Positions 27,301 to 36,421 are shown, counted from the first letter of the stretch. The stretch: 48,582 nucleotides of DNA from an uncultured Clostridia bacterium (GCA_934122385.1 CAKOWP010000003.1:1-48582), one strand, 5' to 3'. Notes: generated from the sequence alone by a model not told the origin. Translations and numbers: made by a program.

Positions 27301-27686
27301 TGAAAAGATTTGAAGAAAGAAAAGAAGATTTAAAAAAAGCAGCAACTAAATTAAATGAAGCATTAAATGGAGAAGCATCAGAGTTAGAAATTGACGGAAC
27401 ATTGTATAGATTTGAATTTACATTTGAACTTGCATGGAAAACAATGAAAGACTGTTTGGAAAATCAAGGGATAGTTGGAAAAATAGGAGGTCCAAGGGAA
27501 ATATTAAAAGAAGCTTTTTCAGCGGGTCTGATAGAAGATGGAGAAGTATGGATGGATATGATGCTTTCAAGAAATGAATTATCACATCTGTATGATGAAG
27601 AAACTTCAAGAGAAATATATGATGATATAAAAGAAAAATATATTTTAGAAATAAATAAATTAGTTCAAAAATTAGATAATATATAA
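27300..27686 (+). CDS. HEPN-domain protein (HI0074 / NTase substrate-binding family), toxin-like
   Basis: 128 aa with FEFTFELAWKTMKDCLE, typical of the HI0074 family, and an Rx4HxY motif in SRNELSHLY. Confidence 0.7.
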   Translation: MKRFEERKEDLKKAATKLNEALNGEASELEIDGTLYRFEFTFELAWKTMKDCLENQGIVGKIGGPREILKEAFSAGLIEDGEVWMDMMLSRNELSHLYDEETSREIYDDIKEKYILEINKLVQKLDNI

Positions 27687-27777
27687 GAACTATAAAAAGC
27701 GGTGGAGTAATACTTCATCGCTTTACCTTAGTATAAATTTTACTCTATATTTTAATAACAAAAAATTTAAATAGAAA

Positions 27778-27806
27778 TTGAAAAAATAAAAATATAATGT
27801 TATAAT
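27778..27806 (+). promoter_or_regulatory. Candidate sigma-A promoter of rsgA-rpe
   Basis: TTGAAA (27778-27783), a 17-nt spacer, then TATAAT (27801-27806). Confidence 0.4.
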
Positions 27807-27863
27807 CAGAAAGAAGAATTTAATAAAAAATACATTGTTGTTTTATAAAATATTGGAGGAATA

Positions 27864-28778
27864 ATGCAAGGGTTAATAATAGAAAATATATCAAATTTAT
27901 ACAAAATAAAAACAGAAAAAGGAACATATGAAGCAAATGCACGAGGAAAATTCAAAAAAGAAGAAATAACACCAGTAGTTGGAGACAAAGTAGAAATACA
28001 AATATTAGACGAAGAGAACAAAAAAGCTGTAATAGAAGAAATACAAGAAAGAACAACTTATATAAAAAGACCCAAAATGAGCAATATAACTCAACTTATA
28101 CTGGTGGTATCAAGTAAAAATCCTAAACCAGATTTATTACTATTAGATAAGCAATTAGTATTTGCGGAATTTTTAGGAATAAAACCAATAATAGTTTTAA
28201 ATAAAACAGACCTTGATAAAAAGAAAGAGTTTGAAAAAATAAAAGAAGTATATCAAAATATAGGCTATACAGTTATAGAAACGATAGCCAAAGACTTAGA
28301 AGAAATACCGGAAAAAAATGAAATGCATTCAGTAGGTATTCATAATTTAGAAAAAAATTTACAAGGAAATATAAATGCGTTTTCAGGAAATTCAGGAGTT
28401 GGAAAATCGACATTAATAAATGCAATTTTTAAAGATACAATAACACAAGAAGGAGAAATTAGCCAAAGAAACAAAAAAGGTAAAAACACAACAACTTCAA
28501 CAAAATTGTATGAAATAGACGAAAATACATATATTGCCGATACTCCAGGATTTTCAACATTTGATATATCTGAAATAGAATATAGAGAATTGGACAAATA
28601 TTTTAAAGAATTTAAGCCATTATTAGAAAATTGTGAGTTTGTTGGATGTACTCATATAAAAGAAGAAAATTGTGGAATAAAACAAGCTTTGCAACAGGGA
28701 AAAATAGATAGTGGTAGATATGAAAGATTTTGTAAAATTTATGAAGAATTAAAAGAAAAAGATAAGTACAAGTATTAA
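27864..28778 (+). CDS. rsgA: Ribosome small-subunit-dependent GTPase A
   Basis: N-terminal OB-fold region, circularly permuted GTPase motifs (VLNKTDL before GNSGVGKSTLIN, DTPGF), and C-terminal zinc motif CEFVGCTHIKEENC. Confidence 0.9.
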   Translation: MQGLIIENISNLYKIKTEKGTYEANARGKFKKEEITPVVGDKVEIQILDEENKKAVIEEIQERTTYIKRPKMSNITQLILVVSSKNPKPDLLLLDKQLVFAEFLGIKPIIVLNKTDLDKKKEFEKIKEVYQNIGYTVIETIAKDLEEIPEKNEMHSVGIHNLEKNLQGNINAFSGNSGVGKSTLINAIFKDTITQEGEISQRNKKGKNTTTSTKLYEIDENTYIADTPGFSTFDISEIEYRELDKYFKEFKPLLENCEFVGCTHIKEENCGIKQALQQGKIDSGRYERFCKIYEELKEKDKYKY

Positions 28779-28821
28779 TGTCTCATTGGGGACGGTTCTG
28801 TTTGAGACATCGGTTCCAAAA
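28778..28821 (+). repeat. Short GGGAC hairpin repeat, copy r2
   Basis: ATGTCTCATTGGGGACGGTTCTGTTTGAGACATCGGTTCCAAAA. The first A is the last base of the rsgA stop codon. A 33-nt block is identical to inverted copy r3. Confidence 0.8.
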
Positions 28822-28847
28822 ACGACAAATGAAACGGAGGAAATAAA

Positions 28848-29507
28848 ATGGTAGAAGTATCAACATCAATACTTTCAGTAAAAAAAGGAGAAGAATCACA
28901 AACATTTTTTGCACTAGAAAAAGCCAAAACGGACTATTTCCATATAGATGTTATGGATGGAAAATTTGTAGAAAAAGACACATATAGAAAAATGTTAGAA
29001 TATGCATCATATATAAAAAGAATATCAAATTTACCATTAGATATACACTTAATGGTGGAAGATGTAAATTCAGCAATAGATGACTTTTTGGCAGTTGAAC
29101 CTAACATAATCACATTTCATTATGAGGCTTGCAAAGATAAAGAAGAAGTTATGCAAATAATTAACAAAATAAAAGATAATCATTGTAGAGTTGGCTTAAG
29201 CATTAAACCAGAAACAAAAATTGAGGAAATATATGAATTTTTGCCATATATTCATATGTGTTTGATAATGACTGTAGAACCAGGAAAAGGTGGACAAACT
29301 CTTTTAACTGATATGGTTGATAAAATTTCAAAATTAAAAAAATATATTGAAGAAAACAATATAGAAATTGATATAGAAGCAGATGGTGGAATAAATTTAA
29401 AAACAGCTGAGGCTGTAAAAGAAGCTGGAGCAAATATATTAGTTTCTGGTACAGCTATTTTAATCGCAAAAGATTATAAAACTATAATAGACGAACTAAA
29501 ATGCTAA
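28848..29507 (+). CDS. rpe: Ribulose-phosphate 3-epimerase
   Basis: SILS...HIDVMDGKFV, DIHLMV, MTVEPGKGGQ and EADGGIN motifs. Conserved position after rsgA. Confidence 0.9.
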   Translation: MVEVSTSILSVKKGEESQTFFALEKAKTDYFHIDVMDGKFVEKDTYRKMLEYASYIKRISNLPLDIHLMVEDVNSAIDDFLAVEPNIITFHYEACKDKEEVMQIINKIKDNHCRVGLSIKPETKIEEIYEFLPYIHMCLIMTVEPGKGGQTLLTDMVDKISKLKKYIEENNIEIDIEADGGINLKTAEAVKEAGANILVSGTAILIAKDYKTIIDELKC

Positions 29508-29580
29508 TTTGTTAAAAATTAATTTATATAACAAATTTATATAAAAATTGTTTCATAAATGGAAAAATATTGCAATATAA

Positions 29581-29609
29581 AAAATGGAGATATAAAAATC
29601 TCCATTTTT
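29581..29609. terminator. Bidirectional terminator between rpe and the minus-strand membrane-protein gene
   Basis: Stem AAAATGGAGAT/ATCTCCATTTT with flanking A- and T-runs. Confidence 0.65.
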
Positions 29610-29622
29610 AGCGTTTTTCTTT

Positions 29623-30855
29623 TTATTTGTTTTCATCAATTTTTTCAACTTCTGTAACTTCTACTTTATCAGAAGATTTTTTTGTTTTATTAGGAATGAT
29701 AGCAGTTAATAAAATTCCTAATCCGAATATTGCAATTAATAATGAAATAATTGCACCAATATAAGGAATTTTTGTTAATAATGAGATAACAATAGCAGTC
29801 ACAATTAACATACCAAAAATTCCAGACTTTTTATTAATTTTCAATTTATTACATACATAGTTATTAGCAAAAATTGTAAACAATGATGTAGAAACAACTA
29901 ATGCTAAAATATATAATGATAATATAACTAAAGAAATACTACTTGTTAATTGTAATAATATTAAAATTATACAAGCAACAGGTATAGCAATTAAACCAAG
30001 TAATCCTTTACCAAACACCTTTAAAGAACCTTTTCCAATATATGATTCTGTATTATTTAAGAATTTAGGAGCTAACCATAAACATAGTAACCATACTATT
30101 AATACAAAGGCAATGAAACTACCTAAACTTAATATGTAATCAGCTACAATTGATCTAACTGATTGCTTTGAAGAATCAGAATTATTTTTATAATTTACAG
30201 TTCCGTTTACAGATCCTTCTGGAATAGAAGCTTCATTTTTAGAAGAATACTCTAAATTACCGTAAATAACTCCATTTGAATTTTCGACTGTATTGAAATT
30301 TAATGATGAGCAGTTTACAAAAGCATTTCTTCCAACTGTTCCATTTACATTTAATGTATCACAATTTGCTTTTAAATCTCTATAAACATAACCTTTTGAA
30401 ATAGTTAAAGTATTTGCTAGTGCATAAGCATCATAAACAACACCTTTTATTTCTACAGAATTTGCCATAACAAATAGGTTATTAAAGATATAAGCTTCAT
30501 CGTTTACAATCAAATTTTTTGCCATAATAAAGGCATCTCCACCAATTTGTGAATTGATAGTGACGGTATCAGCGCATACAAAAAGATTTCCATCTACAAT
30601 ATAATCTATAGTGACGTTATCTCCTGTAAGATATACATCACTTTTTTTGTAAGAGTCTTCTTGTGCTTGTGCATTTGCATTTGATTCTGTTGCATTTATT
30701 TCTGTAGAATTTGTATCTACTGGAGTTGTTTCAGATTCTTCTGAAATTGGGACTGCTGTAGATTCATCTTCATTATCCGCAAAAACAAATGTAGAAGAAA
30801 ACAATAATGCAATAATAAGAAAAACTAAAATGATTTTTGTTTTGTTTTTTGTCAT
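29623..30855 (-). CDS. Membrane protein with signal peptide, bactofilin-like beta-helix repeat region and C-terminal polytopic domain
   Basis: Start MTKNKTKIILVFLIIALLFSSTFVFA follows AAAGGAGG. Repeats of the type GDNVTIDYIVDGNLFV..DTVTINSQIGGDAFI..NLIVNDEAYI.. resemble polymer-forming cytoskeletal (bactofilin) beta-helix turns. Four to five TM helices at the C-terminus. Confidence 0.5.
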   Translation of the reverse strand: MTKNKTKIILVFLIIALLFSSTFVFADNEDESTAVPISEESETTPVDTNSTEINATESNANAQAQEDSYKKSDVYLTGDNVTIDYIVDGNLFVCADTVTINSQIGGDAFIMAKNLIVNDEAYIFNNLFVMANSVEIKGVVYDAYALANTLTISKGYVYRDLKANCDTLNVNGTVGRNAFVNCSSLNFNTVENSNGVIYGNLEYSSKNEASIPEGSVNGTVNYKNNSDSSKQSVRSIVADYILSLGSFIAFVLIVWLLCLWLAPKFLNNTESYIGKGSLKVFGKGLLGLIAIPVACIILILLQLTSSISLVILSLYILALVVSTSLFTIFANNYVCNKLKINKKSGIFGMLIVTAIVISLLTKIPYIGAIISLLIAIFGLGILLTAIIPNKTKKSSDKVEVTEVEKIDENK

Positions 30856-30960
30856 TACAAAACCTCCTTTAAAAAATTTTTTATATGCTAAAATCATATA
30901 TCTTTAGTAGGTTTTTGTCAATTCTTTTAGAGTAATTTTTTTGACAATTCTTTTATAGTA

Positions 30961-31433
30961 GTTACAATTCATAGCCTTAGAAAATTTTTGAGTGTAAGTT
31001 GCCACCTTAAGGGTTATATATATTTGATATTGTATCCTATTCATTACGTTTAAAAAGAAAATCTAAAATACAAAACTGAGCCTCTCTCACTCAGACAAGA
31101 ATGTATATATGTATATGATTTTAAACTTTTCGAGTGTAATTGAAGCAATATTAGAATTTCTTAAATAAATTTATGGAAAGCGTTCACGTCGAGCGAAGCG
31201 AGGACTAAGTGGAATAAGCCATCAATTTATTTTAGAAATTCTTATGTTGCGTATTGAACCGAGAAAATGTTTCAAATCATATACATATATACATTTCTTT
31301 TGTGAGTATTCCTCAGTTATTTATTTAAGATTTTCTATTTTTCACTTCAATCAAACGGATACAATATCAAATATATATAACCCTTAAGGTGGCGACTTAC
31401 ACACAAAAACTTCCTAAGGCTGTGAATTGCAAC
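30961..31433 (-). mobile_element. Long foldback element, copy C (complete, MITE-like, with 8-bp target-site duplication)
   Basis: 473 bp. Termini are GTTACAATTCATAGCC... and ...GGCTGTGAATTGCAAC. The terminal 77 nt of the two arms are complementary at 71/77. Flanked by TTATAGTA at 30953-30960 and 31434-31441. Inverted relative to copy B. No ORF. Confidence 0.85.
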
Positions 31434-31532
31434 TTATAGTAAATTTTTTTGACAATATTTCAAAATTATGTTAATATAATAAGTGTATACAAAATTTTAG
31501 TAAATACAAAATTTTAAAGGATGTTGATTTAA

Positions 31533-31802
31533 ATGGATGAAAAAAAATGTATAGAATATTATTTTGATTCTAAACAATATAATAAAAAAGAAATATTGGA
31601 AAATATTGAAAAAGAAAAAAGTGAATTTCCAAAGCAAAAATTTGATGTAAATATTACATTAAATAAATATGGAATATATATTGTTAGATTAGAATGTAAA
31701 AATAATAAAATCGCTGTAGTAAAGCGTAATAGAAAAATTAAACAAAATAAAGTAACTGTATATGGAAAATATAAAGAAACAAAAACATATGCACCAATAT
31801 AA
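31533..31802 (+). CDS. Hypothetical small protein (89 aa)
   Basis: ORF with a plausible RBS (AAAGGATG) and a candidate promoter TTGACA-17-TAATAT at 31449-31477. No recognisable motif. Confidence 0.4.
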   Translation: MDEKKCIEYYFDSKQYNKKEILENIEKEKSEFPKQKFDVNITLNKYGIYIVRLECKNNKIAVVKRNRKIKQNKVTVYGKYKETKTYAPI

Positions 31803-31880
31803 AGCGCGAAATTTGTCGAACGATTTTTCTTGATTTTGTAAAAGAACTATGTTAATATGTATTTAACTGGTTCTTTTTTT

Positions 31881-31918
31881 TATATATTAGGAAAGTTATG
31901 CAACTTTCCTAATATATA
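31881..31918. repeat. Perfect 17-bp hairpin TATATATTAGGAAAGTT-ATGC-AACTTTCCTAATATATA
   Basis: Perfect inverted repeat with a 4-nt loop. The apex AAGTTATGCAACTT recurs as AAGTTATGTAACTT at 39494-39507. Confidence 0.7.
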
Positions 31919-31961
31919 AAATTACATTGCACAGAAAATTTATTTCATAAATTTTCGCGCA

Positions 31962-32052
31962 CGAACAAATTTACTGAAAATTTCAATTTTATTGAATATG
32001 ATAAAAAGTAGAGTTAAGACTGAAAATTGAAAATTTTCAGATTTGTTCGTAT
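31962..32052. repeat. ~90-nt imperfect hairpin in the 550-bp intergenic region
   Basis: CGAACAAATTTACTGAAAATTTCAATTTT ... AAAATTGAAAATTTTCAGATTTGTTCG. The arms are complementary apart from two single-base bulges. Confidence 0.6.
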
Positions 32053-32350
32053 AGGAAGTCCAGAGAACTGTTATTAATGTTCTCTTTTGTTCTAAGATTT
32101 AATTCAAACAGCTTAGTAAGGCAAAAATTTTATTTCTTAAATGTAATAGTTCAAGTAAATCCAAAAAGTAAGATATGGAAGGAGAAAACAAAAATAAAAT
32201 TTTAAAATATTTATATTGAAAAAAGATAAAAAATAATGTATGATAGTACCATAATCTAGGGCACAATCATAAATAAATTTAATTATTAAAAATAAAGTTT
32301 TATTTATGATTATATATATGTTAAAATGTGCAAAAAAGGAATGGGATGAG

Positions 32351-33925
32351 ATGAAATCAAAATACTTTAAGTATGTATTTGTAGCTTTTGCTATAGCGAT
32401 AATGATTTTTGCGGTTGTAAAAATCAAAAATGATGAACAAAAAAAGGAAGAAACACCAAAGGAAGCAACACAAGATGAAAAACCAGAGGTAACAGAGCTA
32501 AAGTTGGGGGTAGCATTATTTGATAGTATAAATCCAATATTAAGCAAAAATAAAAATGTTCAAAATATATCAAAAATAATATTTGAACCATTAGTAACTC
32601 TTACTAGTGATTACAAAATAGAGATGTGTTTAGCTAAAGAATGTGTAAAACAAAATGAAACCACATATCTAATAAAATTAAGAAATGACAGAAAATGGGC
32701 AGATGGACAAAAATTTACAGCAGATGATGTTCAATTTACAATAGATAGATTAAAAGATTCTGATACAATTTATTCAGCAAATGTACAAAATGTAACAACT
32801 GTTGAAGTTGTAGATGCTGAAACATTAAGAATTACACTAAATCAAGAAGTTCCATTTTTTGAATATAACTTGACTTTTCCAATTTTATCTAGTAAGTATT
32901 ATAGTGACAAAGAATTTACAGCAGATATAGTTCCTGTTGGAACGGGAATGTATAAAGTTAGCGATGTTCAAGATTCTACATTGATATTAAATAAGAATGA
33001 ATATTACCCAGAAGCGGATGAATTGAAGTTAGATAAAATTACTATAACAACATATCCAAGTATAGGAGAATTATATAACTCGTTTAAAACGGGAAGTATT
33101 GATTTAATTAGTACCGAAAATAGTAACTTAAAAGAGTATATTGGAACAATAGGATATCAAGTCAAAGAAATGAAAGGTAGAGAGCATGACTTTATTGCAT
33201 TTAATACACAAAATGAAATTTTATCACAATTAAATGTTAGAAAGGCAATTTGCTATTCAATCGATAAATCAAATATTGTTTCAAGTGTATATGGAGATAA
33301 TTATTATACATCAAGTTTTCCATTAGATTATGGAAATTGGATATATCAAGAACAAGATTCAAGTGCTGGATATAATCTGGAACAAGCAAAACAAATTTTA
33401 GTAGATGATGGGTGGAGCTATAAGTACAAATATTGGCAAAAAACGGTGAATTATAGAACACAGAGAATTTTATTAAATTTTGTTGTAAAATCAAGTGATA
33501 CAAGCAGAGTATCAGCAGCTGAAAATATAAAAGCGCAATTGCAAAATCAAGGATTTAGAATAAACTTAATAAAAGCAAATGATGCTCAATATCAAAATTA
33601 TATAGCAAATAAAAATTATGATTTAATATTATGCAGTATGAATTTATCTGTAAGCCCAAACTTATCAACATTTTTTGGAAGTAATAATTTAGCAAATTAC
33701 ACAAATGAAGAAGTTACAAATATAATTAATGAGGTTAAAAATTTAAGCGATGAAGATAAACTAAAACAAGATTACAAAAGATTAAGTGAAATTTATAAGA
33801 ATGATATGCCATATTTAAGTTTATATAATAATAAATACACAGTTGCATATAGTACAGGATTAGCTGGAACTTTAGAGCCAAACTGGTTTAATCAATTTTA
33901 TAATATAAAAGATTGGCATAAATAA
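32351..33925 (+). CDS. ABC-transporter family-5 (peptide/nickel-type) solute-binding protein, membrane-anchored, with no adjacent permease or ATPase genes
   Basis: N-terminal TM anchor MKSKYFKYVFVAFAIAIMIFAVV. SBP family-5-like blocks (KWADGQKFTADDVQFTIDRLKD, VGTGMYKV). Start chosen at ATG 32351; the track start is 32306. Confidence 0.65.
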   Translation: MKSKYFKYVFVAFAIAIMIFAVVKIKNDEQKKEETPKEATQDEKPEVTELKLGVALFDSINPILSKNKNVQNISKIIFEPLVTLTSDYKIEMCLAKECVKQNETTYLIKLRNDRKWADGQKFTADDVQFTIDRLKDSDTIYSANVQNVTTVEVVDAETLRITLNQEVPFFEYNLTFPILSSKYYSDKEFTADIVPVGTGMYKVSDVQDSTLILNKNEYYPEADELKLDKITITTYPSIGELYNSFKTGSIDLISTENSNLKEYIGTIGYQVKEMKGREHDFIAFNTQNEILSQLNVRKAICYSIDKSNIVSSVYGDNYYTSSFPLDYGNWIYQEQDSSAGYNLEQAKQILVDDGWSYKYKYWQKTVNYRTQRILLNFVVKSSDTSRVSAAENIKAQLQNQGFRINLIKANDAQYQNYIANKNYDLILCSMNLSVSPNLSTFFGSNNLANYTNEEVTNIINEVKNLSDEDKLKQDYKRLSEIYKNDMPYLSLYNNKYTVAYSTGLAGTLEPNWFNQFYNIKDWHK

Positions 33926-33944
33926 AAAAATTTTTAAAAATGTA

Positions 33945-33974
33945 TTGACAAAAACAAGTGTTTAGTGATATAAA
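33945..33974 (+). promoter_or_regulatory. Candidate recA promoter with an overlapping degenerate LexA (Cheo-type) box
   Basis: TTGACA (33945-33950) and TG-extended TATAAA (33969-33974). Between them lies the palindromic AAAC-AAGT-GTTT (33952-33963), which resembles GAAC-N4-GTTC. Confidence 0.35.
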
Positions 33975-34018
33975 GTAGTTATCAAACAAAAGTTCAATAT
34001 TTTAAGGAGGAAATAACA

Positions 34019-35080
34019 ATGGCAGAAAATACAGAAAAGAAAAAGGCTCTAGAAGCAGCAATGAGTCAAATAGAAAAACAATTTGGAAAAGGTTCAGTAA
34101 TGAAACTTGGAGAATTTAAAGCAATGGAAATAGAAGCAATTCCAACAGGAGCATTAAGCCTAGATATGGCTTTAGGTATAGGAGGAGTTCCTAGAGGAAG
34201 AATTATAGAAGTATTTGGACCTGAATCATCAGGTAAAACAACATTAGCATTACATGTTGTAGCAGAAGCACAAAAAATGGGAGGAGAAGCAGCATTTATA
34301 GATGCAGAACATGCTTTAGATCCAGTATATGCAAAAAAATTAGGTGTAGATATAGATAACTTAATAGTATCTCAACCAGATACAGGAGAACAAGCTCTTG
34401 AAATAACAGAAAGCCTAATAAGAAGTGGAGCATTAGATGTAATAGTAGTCGACTCTGTTGCAGCATTAGTTCCAAAGGCAGAAATTGACGGAGACATGGG
34501 AGACTCTCATATGGGACTTCAAGCAAGATTAATGTCACAAGCATTAAGAAAATTAGCAGGAGCAATAAACAAAACAAAAACAGTATTAATATTTATTAAC
34601 CAATTAAGAGAAAAAATAGGGGTAATGTTTGGAAACCCAGAAACGACAACAGGTGGTAGAGCATTAAAATTCTATGCATCAGTAAGACTTGATATAAGAA
34701 AAATAGAAAACATTAAACAAGATGGAGAAGTTAAAGGAAACAGAGTTAGAGTAAAAGTTATAAAAAATAAAGTCGCTCCACCATTTAGAGAGGCTGAATT
34801 CGATATTGTCTATGGAGAAGGAATTTCTAAAGCAGGAAATATCTTAGACATGGCTGTAAATATGGACATTATAGAAAAAAGTGGTTCATGGTTTAGCTAT
34901 GATGGAAATAGAATTGGTCAAGGTAGAGAAAATGTTAAGAAATACTTAAAAGAAAATCCAGAAATTTTAGCAGATGTTGAGCAAAAAGTTAGAGCAAACT
35001 TTGCTAAAGCATTTCAAGATAGTCTAGGTGAAGAATTACCAGAAGTTGATGAAGATGGCGAGTTTGAAGACGATGAGTAG
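34019..35080 (+). CDS. recA: Recombinase RecA
   Basis: Canonical RecA sequence: [22 protein letters not shown], Walker [19 protein letters not shown], and an acidic C-terminal tail. Confidence 0.95.
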   Translation: MAENTEKKKALEAAMSQIEKQFGKGSVMKLGEFKAMEIEAIPTGALSLDMALGIGGVPRGRIIEVFGPESSGKTTLALHVVAEAQKMGGEAAFIDAEHALDPVYAKKLGVDIDNLIVSQPDTGEQALEITESLIRSGALDVIVVDSVAALVPKAEIDGDMGDSHMGLQARLMSQALRKLAGAINKTKTVLIFINQLREKIGVMFGNPETTTGGRALKFYASVRLDIRKIENIKQDGEVKGNRVRVKVIKNKVAPPFREAEFDIVYGEGISKAGNILDMAVNMDIIEKSGSWFSYDGNRIGQGRENVKKYLKENPEILADVEQKVRANFAKAFQDSLGEELPEVDEDGEFEDDE

Positions 35081-35151
35081 AAAAATGTCGAAAAATAGGA
35101 AATTCAACCTACTTGAAAAAATTTATTTATAGAATAATAAAAAATCACTTG

Positions 35152-35203
35152 AAAAGCATAGAAAATTATGATAAAATACATACATAATTTATCTATGCTT
35201 TTA
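35152..35203 (+). terminator. Intrinsic terminator after recA
   Basis: Long stem AAAAGCATAGAAAATTATG / CATAATTTATCTATGCTTTT (one bulge), ending in a T-run. Confidence 0.6.
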
Positions 35204-35343
35204 TGTATGGATAAATCGTTTTTTCTAAATAATATTTTTTCATAGACATTTTGTATCATTATAAAGTTTATTCAATAAATTTTAGAAAGGATTTAGAAAA
35301 TTATAAATATTCTTAAATTATTCTGGGAAAGGAGGAAAACAAT

Positions 35344-35862
35344 ATGGATAACAAAGAACTTTTAGAAATATTGGACCAAAGATTCAATAAAATTGATGAA
35401 AAATTTGACAAGATAGATGAAAAATTTGACAAGATAGATGAAAAATTTGACAAGATAGATGAAAGACTTGACAAAATGGATGAAAGACTTGATAAAATGG
35501 ATGAAAGATTTGACAAGATGGATGAAAGACTTGATAAGATGGATGGACAATTTGGTGAAATTGATCAAAAATTCAAAGAATTCAATGACAAAATGGATAA
35601 AGGATTTAAAGAAGTAAATGACAGAATGGATAAAGGATTCAGAGAAATCAATGACAAAGTTGATAAAGGATTTGAAGATATCAATAATAGATTAGATGTA
35701 TTAACAAATTCTAATTTAGCACAAATTCTTAATGCCCAAACCCGAAACACAAAAGAAATAACTGATAAACTAGACAGATACATAGTTAAAAATGAAAGAG
35801 ACCATAAAAAATTTGAATATGAAATTGCTGATACAAAAATGAAATTAAAATTTGCAAGATAG
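35344..35862 (+). CDS. Tandem-repeat coiled-coil protein of unknown function
   Basis: Strong RBS GGAAAGGAGGA. Ten heptads of type D(E/Q)(K/R)(F/L)DK(I/M), then three 11-residue units ND(K/R)(M/V)DKGF(K/R/E)(E/D)(V/I), then a non-repetitive ~60-aa C-terminus. No TM helix or signal peptide. Confidence 0.6.
   Translation: MDNKELLEILDQRFNKIDEKFDKIDEKFDKIDEKFDKIDERLDKMDERLDKMDERFDKMDERLDKMDGQFGEIDQKFKEFNDKMDKGFKEVNDRMDKGFREINDKVDKGFEDINNRLDVLTNSNLAQILNAQTRNTKEITDKLDRYIVKNERDHKKFEYEIADTKMKLKFAR
35374..35682 (+). repeat. Coding tandem repeats: 10 x 21 bp followed by 3 x 33 bp
   Basis: Three identical copies of GATGAAAAATTTGACAAGATA (35395-35457). GATGAAAGACTTGA(C/T)AA(A/G)ATG variants run to 35541. 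33-bp units of the AATGACAAAATGGATAAAGGATTTAAAGAAGTA type run from 35584 to 35682. Confidence 0.85.
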
Positions 35863-35913
35863 AATATTATATTAAAAGCATAGATAGATTATATAGAAGA
35901 TAGGAAGTAGCAA

Positions 35914-36360
35914 ATGTATACAATAGAAGAATTTGATAAAGGGAAAACAAAAATATTAAAATTCATACTTTACAAAAAAAGAAGTGAAAATGAAGTAAGA
36001 CGAAAATTTGAAAAAGAACTAGATGAAAATATGTTAGAAGACATAATCGAATATTTAAAAGAAGCAAAATATATAGACGATGGCGAATATATAAGAAGAA
36101 CAGTAAACAATTTTATGATATTAAAGAATTTATCAATAAAAGAATTAAAATATAAACTTCTGGCAAAAGGCCTAAATAAAAATGATATTGAAGATTATAT
36201 TTATGAAAATAAAGAAGAATTAGAAGAATATGAGATAAAATCAATATCAAATATAATATATAAAAAATCGCTATCTATGGAACAAGATGAAATAAAACAA
36301 TATTTATTAAAAAAAGGTTATAAATCAGAAAATATAAGTAAAGCAATTGAAGAACAATAA
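35914..36360 (+). CDS. recX: RecA regulator RecX
   Basis: 148 aa of three-helix repeats. YLKEAKYIDDGEYIRRTVNNF and LLKKGYKSENISKAIEE match the RecX repeat pattern. Located just downstream of recA. Confidence 0.7.
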   Translation: MYTIEEFDKGKTKILKFILYKKRSENEVRRKFEKELDENMLEDIIEYLKEAKYIDDGEYIRRTVNNFMILKNLSIKELKYKLLAKGLNKNDIEDYIYENKEELEEYEIKSISNIIYKKSLSMEQDEIKQYLLKKGYKSENISKAIEEQ

Positions 36361-36421
36361 AATATATCTAAATAAAATAGTTCAAAAAAAACATTATATA
36401 AGTAAAAATAAGGAGAAAACA

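Noticed and set aside
31962-32052. CGAACAAATTT / AGATTTGTTCG read as LexA (Cheo) boxes
   Set aside because: The CGAAC and GTTCG halves are about 80 nt apart as the two ends of a long hairpin. A LexA box requires them to be 4 nt apart.
35313-35783. Several 60-70-aa minus-strand ORFs (SNLSSILSS..., MINFTKLSIHLIKSF...)
   Set aside because: They are antisense read-through of the 21/33-bp tandem repeats of the coiled-coil gene. Their periodicity simply mirrors the plus-strand repeats.
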